From positions 135,674 to 199,673 of the forward strand of contig JAHJTE010000003.1 of assembly GCA_018830005.1 (NCBI GenBank): a stretch of DNA of 64,000 nucleotides, written 5' to 3'. This DNA comes from Candidatus Omnitrophota bacterium (GTDB lineage: Bacteria; Omnitrophota; Gorgyraeia; JAHJTE01). The translations under genes and the position numbers were made by a program. Below, in pieces: positions 1-9,663 of the stretch. Each line of letters starts with the position of its first letter. The stretch's first letter is position 1. Under the pieces are notes generated by a model that saw only the letters and a list, made by a program, of their open reading frames with translations, made no database searches and was not told where the DNA came from.

Positions 1-360
1 TAATGACGATTACTGAAGCGACGAGCTGTATTAACCTTATGGAGATAATGCGAGGGGATAAAACTAGCGCAGCACATAAACACGATAGGGATATAAGTAA
101 ACGCGTAAAGAATCTCCAATTAACTGTTTTTAAGCCACGTAGGAGAAAAACTAAAAAAGTTAATATGGCCAGCAAAGTAAGCCAAGTAAATGAATTTGAC
201 AATAATAGTTTCATCTTTATACCTTATATAACTAATCTAAACGCTAATTTTATATTATTACGTCCCAAGCTATAATTTTAATATTTTGGTTAATCTAATC
301 AAAATAAATAGTCTATTAAGAAATTATAAATCTATTTTGGCTTGTCTTTTCACATCTAAA

Positions 361-400
361 CAAAAACCCCCTGCAATGTATTCTATCACAGAGGCTTAGG
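361..400. repeat. 40-bp element, copy A (35/40 identical to 12478-12517)
   Basis: By-eye alignment of caaaaaccccctgcaatgtattctatcacagaggcttagg with the copy at 12478; both lie just left of tRNA-3'-end-like segments. Confidence 0.6.
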
Positions 401-425
401 AAATCAAGCTCCCCCGCGAGGACTC
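399..425. repeat. att-like copy of tRNA-Asn 3' end (18-bp exact match 408-425 = 55561-55578)
   Basis: gctcccccgcgaggactc is identical to the acceptor/T-stem segment of the tRNA at 55561-55578. The preceding atcaa also matches, apart from a 3-bp gap. Confidence 0.6.
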
Positions 426-627
426 CTCGCTTCGCGCTAGAACCTGTCGCTTTTATAAAGTAGCCCCCGCTCGATCACTCACTCCCCATTATGTAGGGAA
501 GATTTTATTTCTGCTTTATTAATCCAAATTCTTCTTTACTAATTATGTTATTTATTTTAAAATAAGAAAGGAATAGAAGAATGATAAGAGACAGGCAAAT
601 AAAAGAGGGGAGGAAAATTTTACGATT

Positions 628-2787
628 ATGAGTCAAGAAATTCTTCACAAACACCACTTCCTGCCGCGTGAAGTTATCACGTTTATTATTATAACTATAT
701 TGAGTGGTATTTGTTTATTTAACTTTGTCTCTCTCGAGCCTACTGTTGATAATAACTTTTTCTTCTCCAGCGAAGATCCACAATTTCAAAGCGAACATTT
801 AATTAACAGTTTATTCATCCGTAAAGACTCCCAGCTTATTATCTCAGCCACTGGTAATATTAATGGTACAGGATACCACGAAAAGATTTCAGAGCTGAGT
901 AAAAGATTGCTAGAAATCGATGGCGTAACCAATGTTAATAGTCTAACGCATGCGGGACCAGGTGATGTAAAAGCGGCCTTTAAGAGCCCTCTGTGGAAAC
1001 GCCTCATTGTCGCCAGCAACAGAAAATCAACCAATCTCATTGTCCTTTTAGACGAAAATAAAGTCTCCCTAATCATCCCAGAGATTGAAGAAACCATGGG
1101 CATCTTCGAGGATGAAGGTTTTCATCTGCAGGCAGCCGGACTGCCTTACGTTGTTGAATTAATTAGGCGTAACCTTCAGAAGGACTTTAGAATCTTCAGC
1201 CTCCTGGCCTTTTTAATATTCGGCTTTTTAATCTTTCAGATTTTTCGTTCAAAAAGTATCCTTTTAGGAACAATGCTATCCTGTCTGAATGCGGTTATGT
1301 GGACATTTAAGATAACGGATTTAATTGGTATTCCTATGGGCATTCTCACAGCGAATCTAGGTACGATTATTTTTGTTATGACACTTTCCCATATTATCTT
1401 TTTGACATTTAATTGGCGGATCTTCCGCTCTGATCCAAATAGTAAGAATCCTGTGGCTGACGCCATAGCACGAACACTGCCTCCTTCTATCTGGAGTATG
1501 CTGACAACGCTTTTAGGATTTTTAAGTTTGATGTCCGTATCAGCGAAACCTTTAAGGGAATTGGGTCACTCCGGTGCCCTCGGTTCTATAGTGGCGATCG
1601 TTGTGGCCTACGGTGTGTTTCCTACATTCTTAAGAGTGGCAAGCCAGCAGTCTGAGAAAAAAGGTAAGATTGAAAACTATGGAATAAAGACATATAAGTT
1701 TATTAACCTAGAAAAACAATTTATCATGCTGATCATTTTTGTCACCTGCCTTTTGACCTTACCGGGATTAAAAAGGCTTGATTCTGATCCGAGTCTTCTT
1801 TCTTACTTTTCTAAATCCAGTGAAATTCATAAGGGTCTAAGTTATATTGATCAAAACGGTGGCAGTAGTCCGCTTATTCTAGTTGTTGGTACAAAAAGTA
1901 AGGAGAAAATTCATTCGGACAAATCTTATAAGCAGCTATGGAATCTCCAGGAATCACTGGAGCAACACCGTGGCGTTGGCTCAGTCATATCCTTGCCCGT
2001 GCTCATTGCCCAAGCCGCAAAGACGCCTATTTTTGGCTGGCTTTTTCCGCGATCAATTCTGTTAAAAGCAATGGAGATGCCGACGAACGATAAGATTGCC
2101 AAGAGCTTTATAACAAAAGACCGTAAATATGGTCTCTTCTATCTGCGCATGATCGAATCATATCGTGTTCTGCCTCGCCTGGATGTTGTTGAAGAGATTA
2201 AATCCATAGCTGAGAATGAAGGCTTTCATACCGAAATCATCGGAGGCATATACAACCTGCAAGGACACTTAGCTAAGCTTGTTGCATCAAGTTTAGTAGG
2301 AGGACTGGGGAAACTTATTCTCCTTTTTGCTCTTATTACCTGGTTTATTTCGCGCTCTTTGCGTATGACCTTAGCTGTGGTAGCTAGTATTTCTATCATC
2401 CCCTTGACCATCCTGGGATGCTTTGGGGTATATCGAATCCCCTTAGACATTATTTCTGCTCCGGCTTCGAATGTCGCGATCGCCATGGGCATTGATTCCA
2501 TGATCCATATGATAAAATCTTTCCGTCGTACGCGAAACTGGCAAACGGTCCGCGATGAACTCTGGCAGCCAATATTAACTTCTATGTTTGTTGTTGCCGC
2601 TGGCTTCGGTATCTTTTTATTATCGAGCTTTCCTCCCACCCAGCGATTTGGCGGGGCTATTCTCTTCGGTACTGTCCTAGCAGCACTTACTGCCCTCTAC
2701 ATAATGCCCTTACTTTTCGAATATATTAGTTTGGATAAATGGAGGTCTCTTCTAAAGAAAAAACCAAAGACAACCACCTCTACTTGA
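628..2787 (+). CDS. RND-superfamily exporter (MMPL/HpnN-like, two 6-TM SSD-type bundles)
   Basis: 719 aa. Two internally repeated hydrophobic 6-TM blocks, each preceded by a soluble loop. The architecture and TM motifs (GxxxD/E...IPL) are typical of RND/MMPL transporters. Confidence 0.7.
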   Translation: MSQEILHKHHFLPREVITFIIITILSGICLFNFVSLEPTVDNNFFFSSEDPQFQSEHLINSLFIRKDSQLIISATGNINGTGYHEKISELSKRLLEIDGVTNVNSLTHAGPGDVKAAFKSPLWKRLIVASNRKSTNLIVLLDENKVSLIIPEIEETMGIFEDEGFHLQAAGLPYVVELIRRNLQKDFRIFSLLAFLIFGFLIFQIFRSKSILLGTMLSCLNAVMWTFKITDLIGIPMGILTANLGTIIFVMTLSHIIFLTFNWRIFRSDPNSKNPVADAIARTLPPSIWSMLTTLLGFLSLMSVSAKPLRELGHSGALGSIVAIVVAYGVFPTFLRVASQQSEKKGKIENYGIKTYKFINLEKQFIMLIIFVTCLLTLPGLKRLDSDPSLLSYFSKSSEIHKGLSYIDQNGGSSPLILVVGTKSKEKIHSDKSYKQLWNLQESLEQHRGVGSVISLPVLIAQAAKTPIFGWLFPRSILLKAMEMPTNDKIAKSFITKDRKYGLFYLRMIESYRVLPRLDVVEEIKSIAENEGFHTEIIGGIYNLQGHLAKLVASSLVGGLGKLILLFALITWFISRSLRMTLAVVASISIIPLTILGCFGVYRIPLDIISAPASNVAIAMGIDSMIHMIKSFRRTRNWQTVRDELWQPILTSMFVVAAGFGIFLLSSFPPTQRFGGAILFGTVLAALTALYIMPLLFEYISLDKWRSLLKKKPKTTTST

Positions 2788-2838
2788 TTATTTAAGATTT
2801 ACGCTTCTCCTAGCTTTGCAACGACTAAAAATAAAAAA

Positions 2839-2866
2839 GCCCCAAATAAATTGGGGCATTTTTTAT
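2839..2866 (+). terminator. rho-independent terminator after the RND gene
   Basis: gccccaa-ataaa-ttggggc hairpin followed by a T-run. Confidence 0.6.
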
Positions 2867-3016
2867 TCCTCCTGCCCTATTGGCGAGATAAGCTCTCTGA
2901 GGTAGCTAGAGTTAATTATAAGTACCTACAAAGGAACTTGCAGGCATGTGTTTAAAAAGGAATGTCAAGCCGATCAACAACCCGGACCGCCGAAGCGGTC
3001 CGAGCGTCGTCAAAAC

Positions 3017-3047
3017 TGGCTCCCCCTATTGGACGAATTTCGCAACT
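3017..3047. repeat. conserved intergenic motif copy R1 (tggctccccctattggacgaatttcgcaact)
   Basis: Core ccctattggacgaNtttcgcaact is shared with copies at 4876, 5646 and 11555. Confidence 0.6.
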
Positions 3048-3183
3048 TTTTAACTTCTCAAGAGGCGAACAAAATATTCAAGGAACTTATTTACGTCCTT
3101 GGCTAGTATTTATCTTACTGGACTGACATCCTTGAATAACATTGGGGGCTATAATAAATTTGTCAATTAACTGCGCGTATCCG

Positions 3184-4701
3184 TTATTTTCTCCGCATCA
3201 TCTTAATAAAATAGTTACGGAAACACTCCCAGTCACCCACAATGATTCTATTTATCGCAAATTGAAGGTTGTCCAGCAGCGTAATTATTCTAAAGACAAT
3301 CATAGTCAATACAGGAAATGCGATACTAACTTTATAGTAGAATTTTGGTAAAAAAAATCTGGCTATCCACCGCGGGAAAAAGCTTAGATTAAGCAGAAGT
3401 AAAATGATATCATAGGAATTATGAGGCTCAAAATGATAACTGCTTCTGTACGCCTGTTTAATCTCGTCAATTGCCAACCCTTTTTCTTTAGCAATCTTGT
3501 TCAGTTTCGTTCCCGGAAACAACATAAGATTATAATATATAAACCTGTATGGCCTAGGAATTTTTAACAAAAATCCAATACTCTCTCTCTGTTCGCCAAT
3601 TGTACCTAAAGGATCATGGCAGATTATATCATATCTAGGCGGAGACATACGATCTCTATAGCGATTAATCATGCTTATTGCTCGATAGATAGTTTTTGTG
3701 TCGGCTTTACGGTTGTAGCGCATTAAAGCAGTCAAGCTACCCGACTCTATCCCCATACAAAGATTACATAACCCTACCTCAACCAAGGCTTCTAGTTTCT
3801 CTTCGGTTACTGCTGAAGGAACAGTGATTGCCTTAAATGGAAGAGAAACTCTTTCCTTGTACATTCTACTAAACTCAATAATCTCTTCGCTACTTCTTGA
3901 AAAGAAACTATCATCTGCAAAGTGAATAAGCTCTATAAAATCATTTTCTCTACAGACATTCTCAAGCTCCTTGATTACGTCTGATATGGACCTTTTTCGA
4001 TAATGCCTAGCTGTGTACATAGAGTGATAAATTGAATTATTGCAGTAAGTACATGCAAAGGGACAGCCTCGGGAGGTCATAGTTTTATAAAAACATCGGT
4101 AAACTCCTCTGGCATCTTCATATACACGCCTACATTTTTCACGGTAAAGTTCACGTGTCAATTCCCCAGATTGTCCCATAATAGGATTAATGTAGAAATG
4201 GTCCTCAAAAGTAAAGTCCTGAAACGGAAGAGTAGAGATATCTTCTATTAGCGGAGAAAAGGAATTTTCTACAATCTTTCCCTTCTCAATATACCAAAGT
4301 CCGAGTATTTGAGAAATTGGTTTGCCGTCCATAATATCTTTTAATACTGGCTCGCCTTCTCCTACACATACCCAATCTGCAAATTTAAGACATTCCAGAG
4401 GCCTAACTGTAGCATGTATCCCGCCCCAAATTATTTTTGCCCTTGTGTTTTTATGAATAGCTTCGCTTAGCTGAGCAGCGAGAAAGAATAGATTAGTAAT
4501 AACTGTAATACCTACTATATCGCTATCATTTAAAATATTAACTACTTCCTGCAGGGTAACATTAGAATAAGATTTAAGTAAGGTAGGAGTGGGTAGAAAA
4601 ATGATTCTAGATTTATGGCCAAGACTTCGTACATAAGAAGAAAGGACACGCGAGCTCATCCCCGAAAACTCATCTACCATTGAAATAAAGGTTATTTTCA
4701 T
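3184..4701 (-). CDS. B12-binding domain radical SAM protein
   Basis: N-terminal Rossmann-like B12-binding region. CxxxCxxC cluster motif (RGCPFACTYC). 505 aa. Confidence 0.75.
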   Translation of the reverse strand: MKITFISMVDEFSGMSSRVLSSYVRSLGHKSRIIFLPTPTLLKSYSNVTLQEVVNILNDSDIVGITVITNLFFLAAQLSEAIHKNTRAKIIWGGIHATVRPLECLKFADWVCVGEGEPVLKDIMDGKPISQILGLWYIEKGKIVENSFSPLIEDISTLPFQDFTFEDHFYINPIMGQSGELTRELYREKCRRVYEDARGVYRCFYKTMTSRGCPFACTYCNNSIYHSMYTARHYRKRSISDVIKELENVCRENDFIELIHFADDSFFSRSSEEIIEFSRMYKERVSLPFKAITVPSAVTEEKLEALVEVGLCNLCMGIESGSLTALMRYNRKADTKTIYRAISMINRYRDRMSPPRYDIICHDPLGTIGEQRESIGFLLKIPRPYRFIYYNLMLFPGTKLNKIAKEKGLAIDEIKQAYRSSYHFEPHNSYDIILLLLNLSFFPRWIARFFLPKFYYKVSIAFPVLTMIVFRIITLLDNLQFAINRIIVGDWECFRNYFIKMMRRK

Positions 4702-4841
4702 ATTATATGCCGCGTTATTAGAAAACTAAAAATAATAGGCTCTCAATTCATAGTTGCTTGACTCAATTATAACTCCGCCAATAAAAATGGGCGGTCCTAT
4801 TTTTCTAAATTTCATTATACGCCGCGAAGGGAAATTTACAA

Positions 4842-4872
4842 TAAAAAAGCCCACCTTATTCAGATGGGCTGA
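4842..4872 (-). terminator. rho-independent terminator (minus strand)
   Basis: agccca...tgggct stem preceded by an A-run on plus, which is a U-run on minus. It lies downstream of the Cys-rich peptide gene. Confidence 0.5.
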
Positions 4873-4875
4873 ATT

Positions 4876-4905
4876 TTCTCCCCCTATTGGATGACTTTCG
4901 CAACT
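4876..4905. repeat. conserved intergenic motif copy R2
   Basis: ttctccccctattggatgactttcgcaact. Confidence 0.6.
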
Positions 4906-4969
4906 GGCTAATAATAAGAAAGGGGTGCTATATAAACACCCCTTTCTTAAAGCTGCCAGCTAATCAGAT

Positions 4970-5188
4970 TTAATCTACTTTTTTAGCGCAGCTACAACCT
5001 CTCTTACAATTACATGCGTTGTCCTTACAGCAATCGCCTTTGCAAGCGCACTGTTTTTCCCTGCAACATGTTTCCTGTGTGCACTGGCATTTAGCCTGCA
5101 AGCAACACTTCTCTTGCGCTAAAGTTGGTGTATTACTAAAAGGCAGCAAAAATGAAAGTAAAAACAATATCACAATTGTTTTTTTCAT
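4970..5188 (-). CDS. secreted Cys-rich metallothionein-like peptide (signal peptide + ~48-aa mature region with 18 Cys)
   Basis: Signal peptide MKKTIVILFLLSFLLPF...LAQE, then CC/CxC/CxxC clusters (KCCLQAKCQCTQETCC...CACKGDCCKDNACNCKRGCSC). Confidence 0.55.
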   Translation of the reverse strand: MKKTIVILFLLSFLLPFSNTPTLAQEKCCLQAKCQCTQETCCREKQCACKGDCCKDNACNCKRGCSCAKKVD

Positions 5189-5230
5189 GATAATACTCCT
5201 TTTTAAAAAGATTTACTTAAATATTACAAA

Positions 5231-5533
5231 TTAGGAATATTGCTTAGGAGGATGGAAGATTGACCGAATGGATTCTTCAGGCTGGACAAAGATATATTCA
5301 AAATCAAAATTCTCTTCTGGAAATATTATAGAAATTGCATCGGTATTTTTTATAGAGTCTACTGGCTGGGATATTTTCACACATAATTGAGGTTGACAAT
5401 CGCAAGATGAACCGCAACAGTCACATGCCTTATGCATCTTATGCGAATCTTTAATAAACATTTCAGAGAAGGAACATAAAACCAATGAGATAAAAATGAA
5501 CGTAAATAGAATTGTTATAAATATTTTTCTCAT
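5231..5533 (-). CDS. secreted small protein with CDCCGSSCDC motif
   Basis: N-terminal signal/TM segment. Cys cluster CDCCGSSCDCQPQLC. Adjacent to the other Cys-rich peptide. Confidence 0.45.
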   Translation of the reverse strand: MRKIFITILFTFIFISLVLCSFSEMFIKDSHKMHKACDCCGSSCDCQPQLCVKISQPVDSIKNTDAISIIFPEENFDFEYIFVQPEESIRSIFHPPKQYS

Positions 5534-5599
5534 AGATACTCACCTAAATAGCATTTTAAGTATAGCATAATTTTTTAAGAAAAACAAATCAACAAGCCA

Positions 5600-5637
5600 T
5601 AAAAAACCCTCCGCAAGTTTTTAATTTGCAGAGGGTT
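5600..5637 (-). terminator. rho-independent terminator of acr3 copy A
   Basis: aaccctccgcaa...ttgcagagggtt hairpin plus an A-run on plus (U-run on minus). Nearly identical to the terminator at 6838-6872. Confidence 0.65.
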
Positions 5638-5645
5638 GTGGAATT

Positions 5646-5675
5646 TTCTCCCCCTATTGGACGACTTTCGCAACT
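5646..5675. repeat. conserved intergenic motif copy R3
   Basis: ttctccccctattggacgactttcgcaact. Confidence 0.6.
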
Positions 5676-5722
5676 TTTTGGAAGAATCTAAGGAGTATTG
5701 CCTTAACGATGAAATAAAGAAA

Positions 5723-6787
5723 TTACTTGAAGAAATGTCGAGTTTTCAAACACATTCGCACTAACATTAGCATAACTGGCACTTCAATAAGTACTCCAAC
5801 CACAGTTGCCAACGATGCTCCTGATGAAAGACCAAACAACATAGCAGAAGTAGCAATTGCAACTTCAAAGTGATTGCTCGCTCCAATTAGTGCAGACGGT
5901 GCGGCATCTCTGTAGGGTAACTTTAACCATTTAGCGATTGCATATGTTAAAGCAAAAATGAAACAGGTCTGGATAAAAAGTGGTATAGCTATTAAAAATA
6001 TTACTTGGGGCTGCTCAATAATAAGTTCTCCTTTAAACGAAAATAATAGAACAAGCGTAACAAGCAACGCCCCGATTGATATTGGTGTCAAATAATGAAG
6101 GAATTTTTCCTCAAACCATTTCATTCCTTTTTTAGCAATGATAAGTTTTCTTGAGTGATACCCTAAAAAGAGTGGCAGCCCCACATAGGTAACTACTGAC
6201 AATACAATTGTCTGCCACGGAATGGGCATCCTGTTTACACCTAAAAGCCAACCTCCCAATGGTGCATAAAGAAACAACATTGTGAGTGAATTTATTGCTA
6301 CCATAACAAGTGTATGACCATCATTACCTTTTGACAGATGCCCCCAAACAAGCACCATTGCTGTACAAGGAGCTATGCCTAATAAGATACAGCCAGAAAT
6401 ATATGAACGGTAAAGTTCAACCTGCGTACCACCTTTGATAATCTCAAATCCTGGGAGTAGCCCCTTAAATAAAACACCTAAAAATAAAGTAGCTATTGCA
6501 AGCATAGTGAAAGGTTTGATGCACCAGTTTACAAACAGGGTAAGCAAAACAGGTTTAGGACTTTTTCCTGCCTTAACAACCTCAGCGAAATCAATTTTAA
6601 CCATAATCGGATACATCATAAAGAAAAGGCATATCGCAATAGGTATAGATACCTGATAAATTGATATGCTGTCTAAGGTAACGGCAACTTGGGGGAATAA
6701 TTTACCCAAGAGTATTCCCAGACCGATACACCCTATAACCCATAGGGTAAGATATTTCTCAAAGGAACTTAATTGTCGTTCTTCCAT
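5723..6787 (-). CDS. acr3: arsenite efflux transporter, Acr3 family (copy A)
   Basis: 354 aa, about 10 TM. N-terminal FEKYLTLWV and the [13 protein letters not shown] and PCTAMV motifs are typical of the ACR3/BART family. Confidence 0.85.
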   Translation of the reverse strand: MEERQLSSFEKYLTLWVIGCIGLGILLGKLFPQVAVTLDSISIYQVSIPIAICLFFMMYPIMVKIDFAEVVKAGKSPKPVLLTLFVNWCIKPFTMLAIATLFLGVLFKGLLPGFEIIKGGTQVELYRSYISGCILLGIAPCTAMVLVWGHLSKGNDGHTLVMVAINSLTMLFLYAPLGGWLLGVNRMPIPWQTIVLSVVTYVGLPLFLGYHSRKLIIAKKGMKWFEEKFLHYLTPISIGALLVTLVLLFSFKGELIIEQPQVIFLIAIPLFIQTCFIFALTYAIAKWLKLPYRDAAPSALIGASNHFEVAIATSAMLFGLSSGASLATVVGVLIEVPVMLMLVRMCLKTRHFFK

Positions 6788-6837
6788 CTTTTTCTCCTCT
6801 GAATCTTACGACTTAGTTAAGTTATAATTCTACCTCA

Positions 6838-6872
6838 AACAAAAACCCTCCGCAAGTTTTTAATTTGCAGAG
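6838..6872 (-). terminator. rho-independent terminator of acr3 copy B
   Basis: Same hairpin as at 5600-5637. Confidence 0.65.
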
Positions 6873-6885
6873 GATTAGTGTAATT

Positions 6886-6920
6886 TTCTCCCCGAGACCC
6901 CCAAAAATCCGAACTTTTGG
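6886..6920. repeat. diverged motif copy R4 (ttctccccgagaccc...aaaatccgaacttttgg)
   Basis: Shares the ttttctcccc start with the other copies, then carries an atccgaactttt motif that also recurs at 11298-11450. Confidence 0.4.
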
Positions 6921-7015
6921 CAAGCAACAATATATCTAGGAAAGAACGGGCTAAAGAACGGAGAAAGGTGGAAAATTTTAGTTTAGCACTCACACTGCTT
7001 TGGCTGGTATTTCTT

Positions 7016-8209
7016 TTATTTAAACCATCCTCGCGTATTCAGGCAAACACGCACAAGCATCAGCATCACAGGAACCTCAATCAGCACGCCAACAACAGTC
7101 GCCAACGCTGCTCCCGACGAAAGCCCAAAAAGCATAGTCGCCGTTGCAATAGCAACCTCGAAATGATTACTTGCGCCAATCATTGCCGAGGGAGCCGCAT
7201 CCTCATAACTCAACCTCAATTTCTTCGCCAGCCAATATGTTATACCAAATATCAAGCATGTCTGGATAAATAAAGGAATTGCTATCCATAAAATCGTCAA
7301 CGGCTTAGCAAGGATAACTGCCCCTTTAAAAGAGAACAAAAGAACCAACGTAAAAAGTAAAGCAATTATTGAGACTGGTGACAGCACATGCAAAAACTTC
7401 TCATTAAACCAATCTATTCCTTTATGACTTATAATCCACTTTCTTGAAAAAAAACCTGCAACTAACGGCAACGCAACATAGATAGCAATAGATAACAGCA
7501 ACGCTTGCCACGGAACAGGCATCCTTCCCACACCAAGAAGGAACCCACCAAGCACACCGTAAAGCAAAAGCATTGTTAAGGAATTGATAGCAACCATAAC
7601 AAGGGTGTGTCCGTCATTGCCTTTTGCAAGAAATCCCCAGACCAAAACCATTGCTGTGCATGGAGCTATACCGAGAAGAATACATCCAGCAAAATAGCTT
7701 CTCCACAAAGGCACCTGCAACATTCTCATTCCTTCATGCATAACAACCTGACCTGCACCATGAATTGAACCTACAGCCCAATCTATTGCTCCAGGAGGGA
7801 GTTTTACAAAATCCACTGCTTCTGCACCAATAAAACCCTTAAACAGCACACCCAAAAACAGAAAAGCAATAGCATACATGGTAAAAGGTTTTATTGCCCA
7901 GTTTACAAATAGCGTTAAACCAACAGGCTTGGGCGACTTGCCAGCCTTAATAACCTCAGCAAAATCAATCTTAACCATGATAGGATACATCATGAAAAAA
8001 AGACATATCGCAATGGGAACCGAAACAACAGGAGCACCACCGACATAAATAGAAAGGCCGTCAAGACACTTCGCCATTCCAGGCGCAATCTTACCTATTA
8101 AGATACCCCCGCCGATACACAACAAAACCCACAGCGTCAGATACTTCTCAAAAACCGACATACCCCTATTAACATTCTTTTCCATTTTTATATCTCCACA
8201 CTCCATCAT
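7016..8209 (-). CDS. acr3: arsenite efflux transporter, Acr3 family (copy B, with ~45-aa insertion)
   Basis: Paralog of copy A with high identity across the TM regions. It carries an extra loop ([38 protein letters not shown]). The start may be the internal MSVFEKYL. Confidence 0.8.
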   Translation of the reverse strand: MMECGDIKMEKNVNRGMSVFEKYLTLWVLLCIGGGILIGKIAPGMAKCLDGLSIYVGGAPVVSVPIAICLFFMMYPIMVKIDFAEVIKAGKSPKPVGLTLFVNWAIKPFTMYAIAFLFLGVLFKGFIGAEAVDFVKLPPGAIDWAVGSIHGAGQVVMHEGMRMLQVPLWRSYFAGCILLGIAPCTAMVLVWGFLAKGNDGHTLVMVAINSLTMLLLYGVLGGFLLGVGRMPVPWQALLLSIAIYVALPLVAGFFSRKWIISHKGIDWFNEKFLHVLSPVSIIALLFTLVLLFSFKGAVILAKPLTILWIAIPLFIQTCLIFGITYWLAKKLRLSYEDAAPSAMIGASNHFEVAIATATMLFGLSSGAALATVVGVLIEVPVMLMLVRVCLNTRGWFK

Positions 8210-8886
8210 AAATAGTTAATCATGATGTGTGACCAGACAAAATATATCCCTACCACAATAAATATCACTCCTGTAATCTTTCTTGCCCATAATTCTAATT
8301 TTGCAGTCTTATGAAACCACTTCGAAAACGACTTCACGCCAAAAACAATCCCCAACGCAAAAATGGTAACAGGAATTCCTGTGCCGATACCGTAAATAAA
8401 AGGATAAGTCATCCCTATTTTACTGTTCAATGCAAGTGGGATAAGGCTTCCGAAGAACAATGCGGCAGCAATAGGACAGAATGATAAGGCGAAAAGCATC
8501 CCGAGAAGAAATGCTCCGCCAGTTCCTGACTCAGCCAGCTTATTCTGCTTCTCATGAGACAACGAAAAAGAAAACGAACTGAACCTGATAACGTCAAGAA
8601 GAAACAATCCGACAATTAACAGAATTGGCCCAATTATCTTATTCAGATAAATTTGCAGAAAATTTGCTATAGATGGAACGCTTACGAGAGAAGCGATAAT
8701 GACAGAACCGATAACTGCGTAAGTCACCATCCTCCCGAGAACGTAAGCAATGCTCGAAAGAAACACAGCCATGGGATGATTAACCTTCTTTGAAAGAAAA
8801 GAAACAGCCGCAATATTCGTTGCAAGCGGACAAGGACTGATGGAAGTAAGTATGCCAAGCCACAAAGCAGACAAAAGCTCAATCAT
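8206..8886 (-). CDS. ccdA: cytochrome c biogenesis/thiol-disulfide transporter CcdA (DsbD transmembrane domain)
   Basis: [10 protein letters not shown] motif at the first TM. 6-TM, 226 aa. Overlaps neighbouring genes (ATGA). Confidence 0.7.
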   Translation of the reverse strand: MIELLSALWLGILTSISPCPLATNIAAVSFLSKKVNHPMAVFLSSIAYVLGRMVTYAVIGSVIIASLVSVPSIANFLQIYLNKIIGPILLIVGLFLLDVIRFSSFSFSLSHEKQNKLAESGTGGAFLLGMLFALSFCPIAAALFFGSLIPLALNSKIGMTYPFIYGIGTGIPVTIFALGIVFGVKSFSKWFHKTAKLELWARKITGVIFIVVGIYFVWSHIMINYL

Positions 8887-9380
8887 GAGGAACCCCCTGC
8901 AATAAACGCTTCGGTCTCCTTTTTGACGTAATCAAAAAACTGCTGCTTGTTCCTAATAAATTGCCAGACACCCTCAAGGTTTTTGTAACCGACTTCTTTT
9001 CCGTCCTCAACTTTTGAAAGGACTACGCTTTTTGTGTAAAGCTTGTAATCATTAACGAAGTGCTCATTGCCTTTTTCCTCAACATTCACGGCACGGAACT
9101 CAAGCCCTCCGGAAGCAATCTCGTCGCTGAAATAAAGCTCCAAGGCTTCCTTTGTATAAGCCTCAATAGCTTTGCACGAGGCGCATCTGTAATTGCCGTA
9201 AAAATAATACGCAACAACGCCGGAATCAGAAACAGGAACAGAAGCGATAGGCGATGAGTCGACGCTTGAGGCGTCTTCAACAACTCCCAAAGAAGACGTA
9301 TCGCTCTCTTTAGGCGAATCACAGCCAGGAAGAAAAGACATGGCGAGAAGACCTACGGCTAAAAAAACAGGCAAAAACAA
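8883..9380 (-). CDS. thioredoxin-fold lipoprotein (CxxC)
   Basis: Lipobox FLPGC. CASC redox motif. Positioned between the Thioredoxin_3 gene and CcdA. Confidence 0.4.
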   Translation of the reverse strand: MFLPVFLAVGLLAMSFLPGCDSPKESDTSSLGVVEDASSVDSSPIASVPVSDSGVVAYYFYGNYRCASCKAIEAYTKEALELYFSDEIASGGLEFRAVNVEEKGNEHFVNDYKLYTKSVVLSKVEDGKEVGYKNLEGVWQFIRNKQQFFDYVKKETEAFIAGGSS

Positions 9381-9410
9381 AAACTTTTTCGTTTGATCAT
9401 CCTCCCCTAT

Positions 9411-9641
9411 TTATGAAAACATTCCTTTAATCTCATCACTCGAAGGCACCTTTCCTGCAACCTTCACCTTTCCGTCAACAACCAAAGCAGGCGTGGTCAT
9501 AACGCCATACTCCGTTATCTTGTCCATATCCTCAACCTTGATTAGCTCTGCATCAACACCTATCTCATCAACAGCTTTTTGTGCATTATCATATAACTGC
9601 TTGCACTTAGGACAACCCATGCCCAAAATCTCAATTTTCAT
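9411..9641 (-). CDS. small thioredoxin family protein (redox-active disulfide protein 2 type, GCPKC)
   Basis: Start trimmed to the internal MKIEILGMGCPKC, which has a GGGAGG SD 8 nt upstream. 76 aa. This is the classic partner of DUF318 permeases. Confidence 0.7.
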   Translation of the reverse strand: MKIEILGMGCPKCKQLYDNAQKAVDEIGVDAELIKVEDMDKITEYGVMTTPALVVDGKVKVAGKVPSSDEIKGMFS

Positions 9642-9663
9642 CTCTAATACCTCCCTAAATAAT

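Noticed and set aside
3-275. 90-aa ORF at the window start
   Set aside because: Low-complexity AT-rich sequence, no SD, no motif. Likely noncoding flank.
6917-7273. Arg/His/Lys-rich 118-aa ORF
   Set aside because: Antisense shadow inside the well-supported acr3 copy B gene. Similar basic shadow ORFs at 29035-29433, 51044-51427 and 54091-54468 were dismissed for the same reason.
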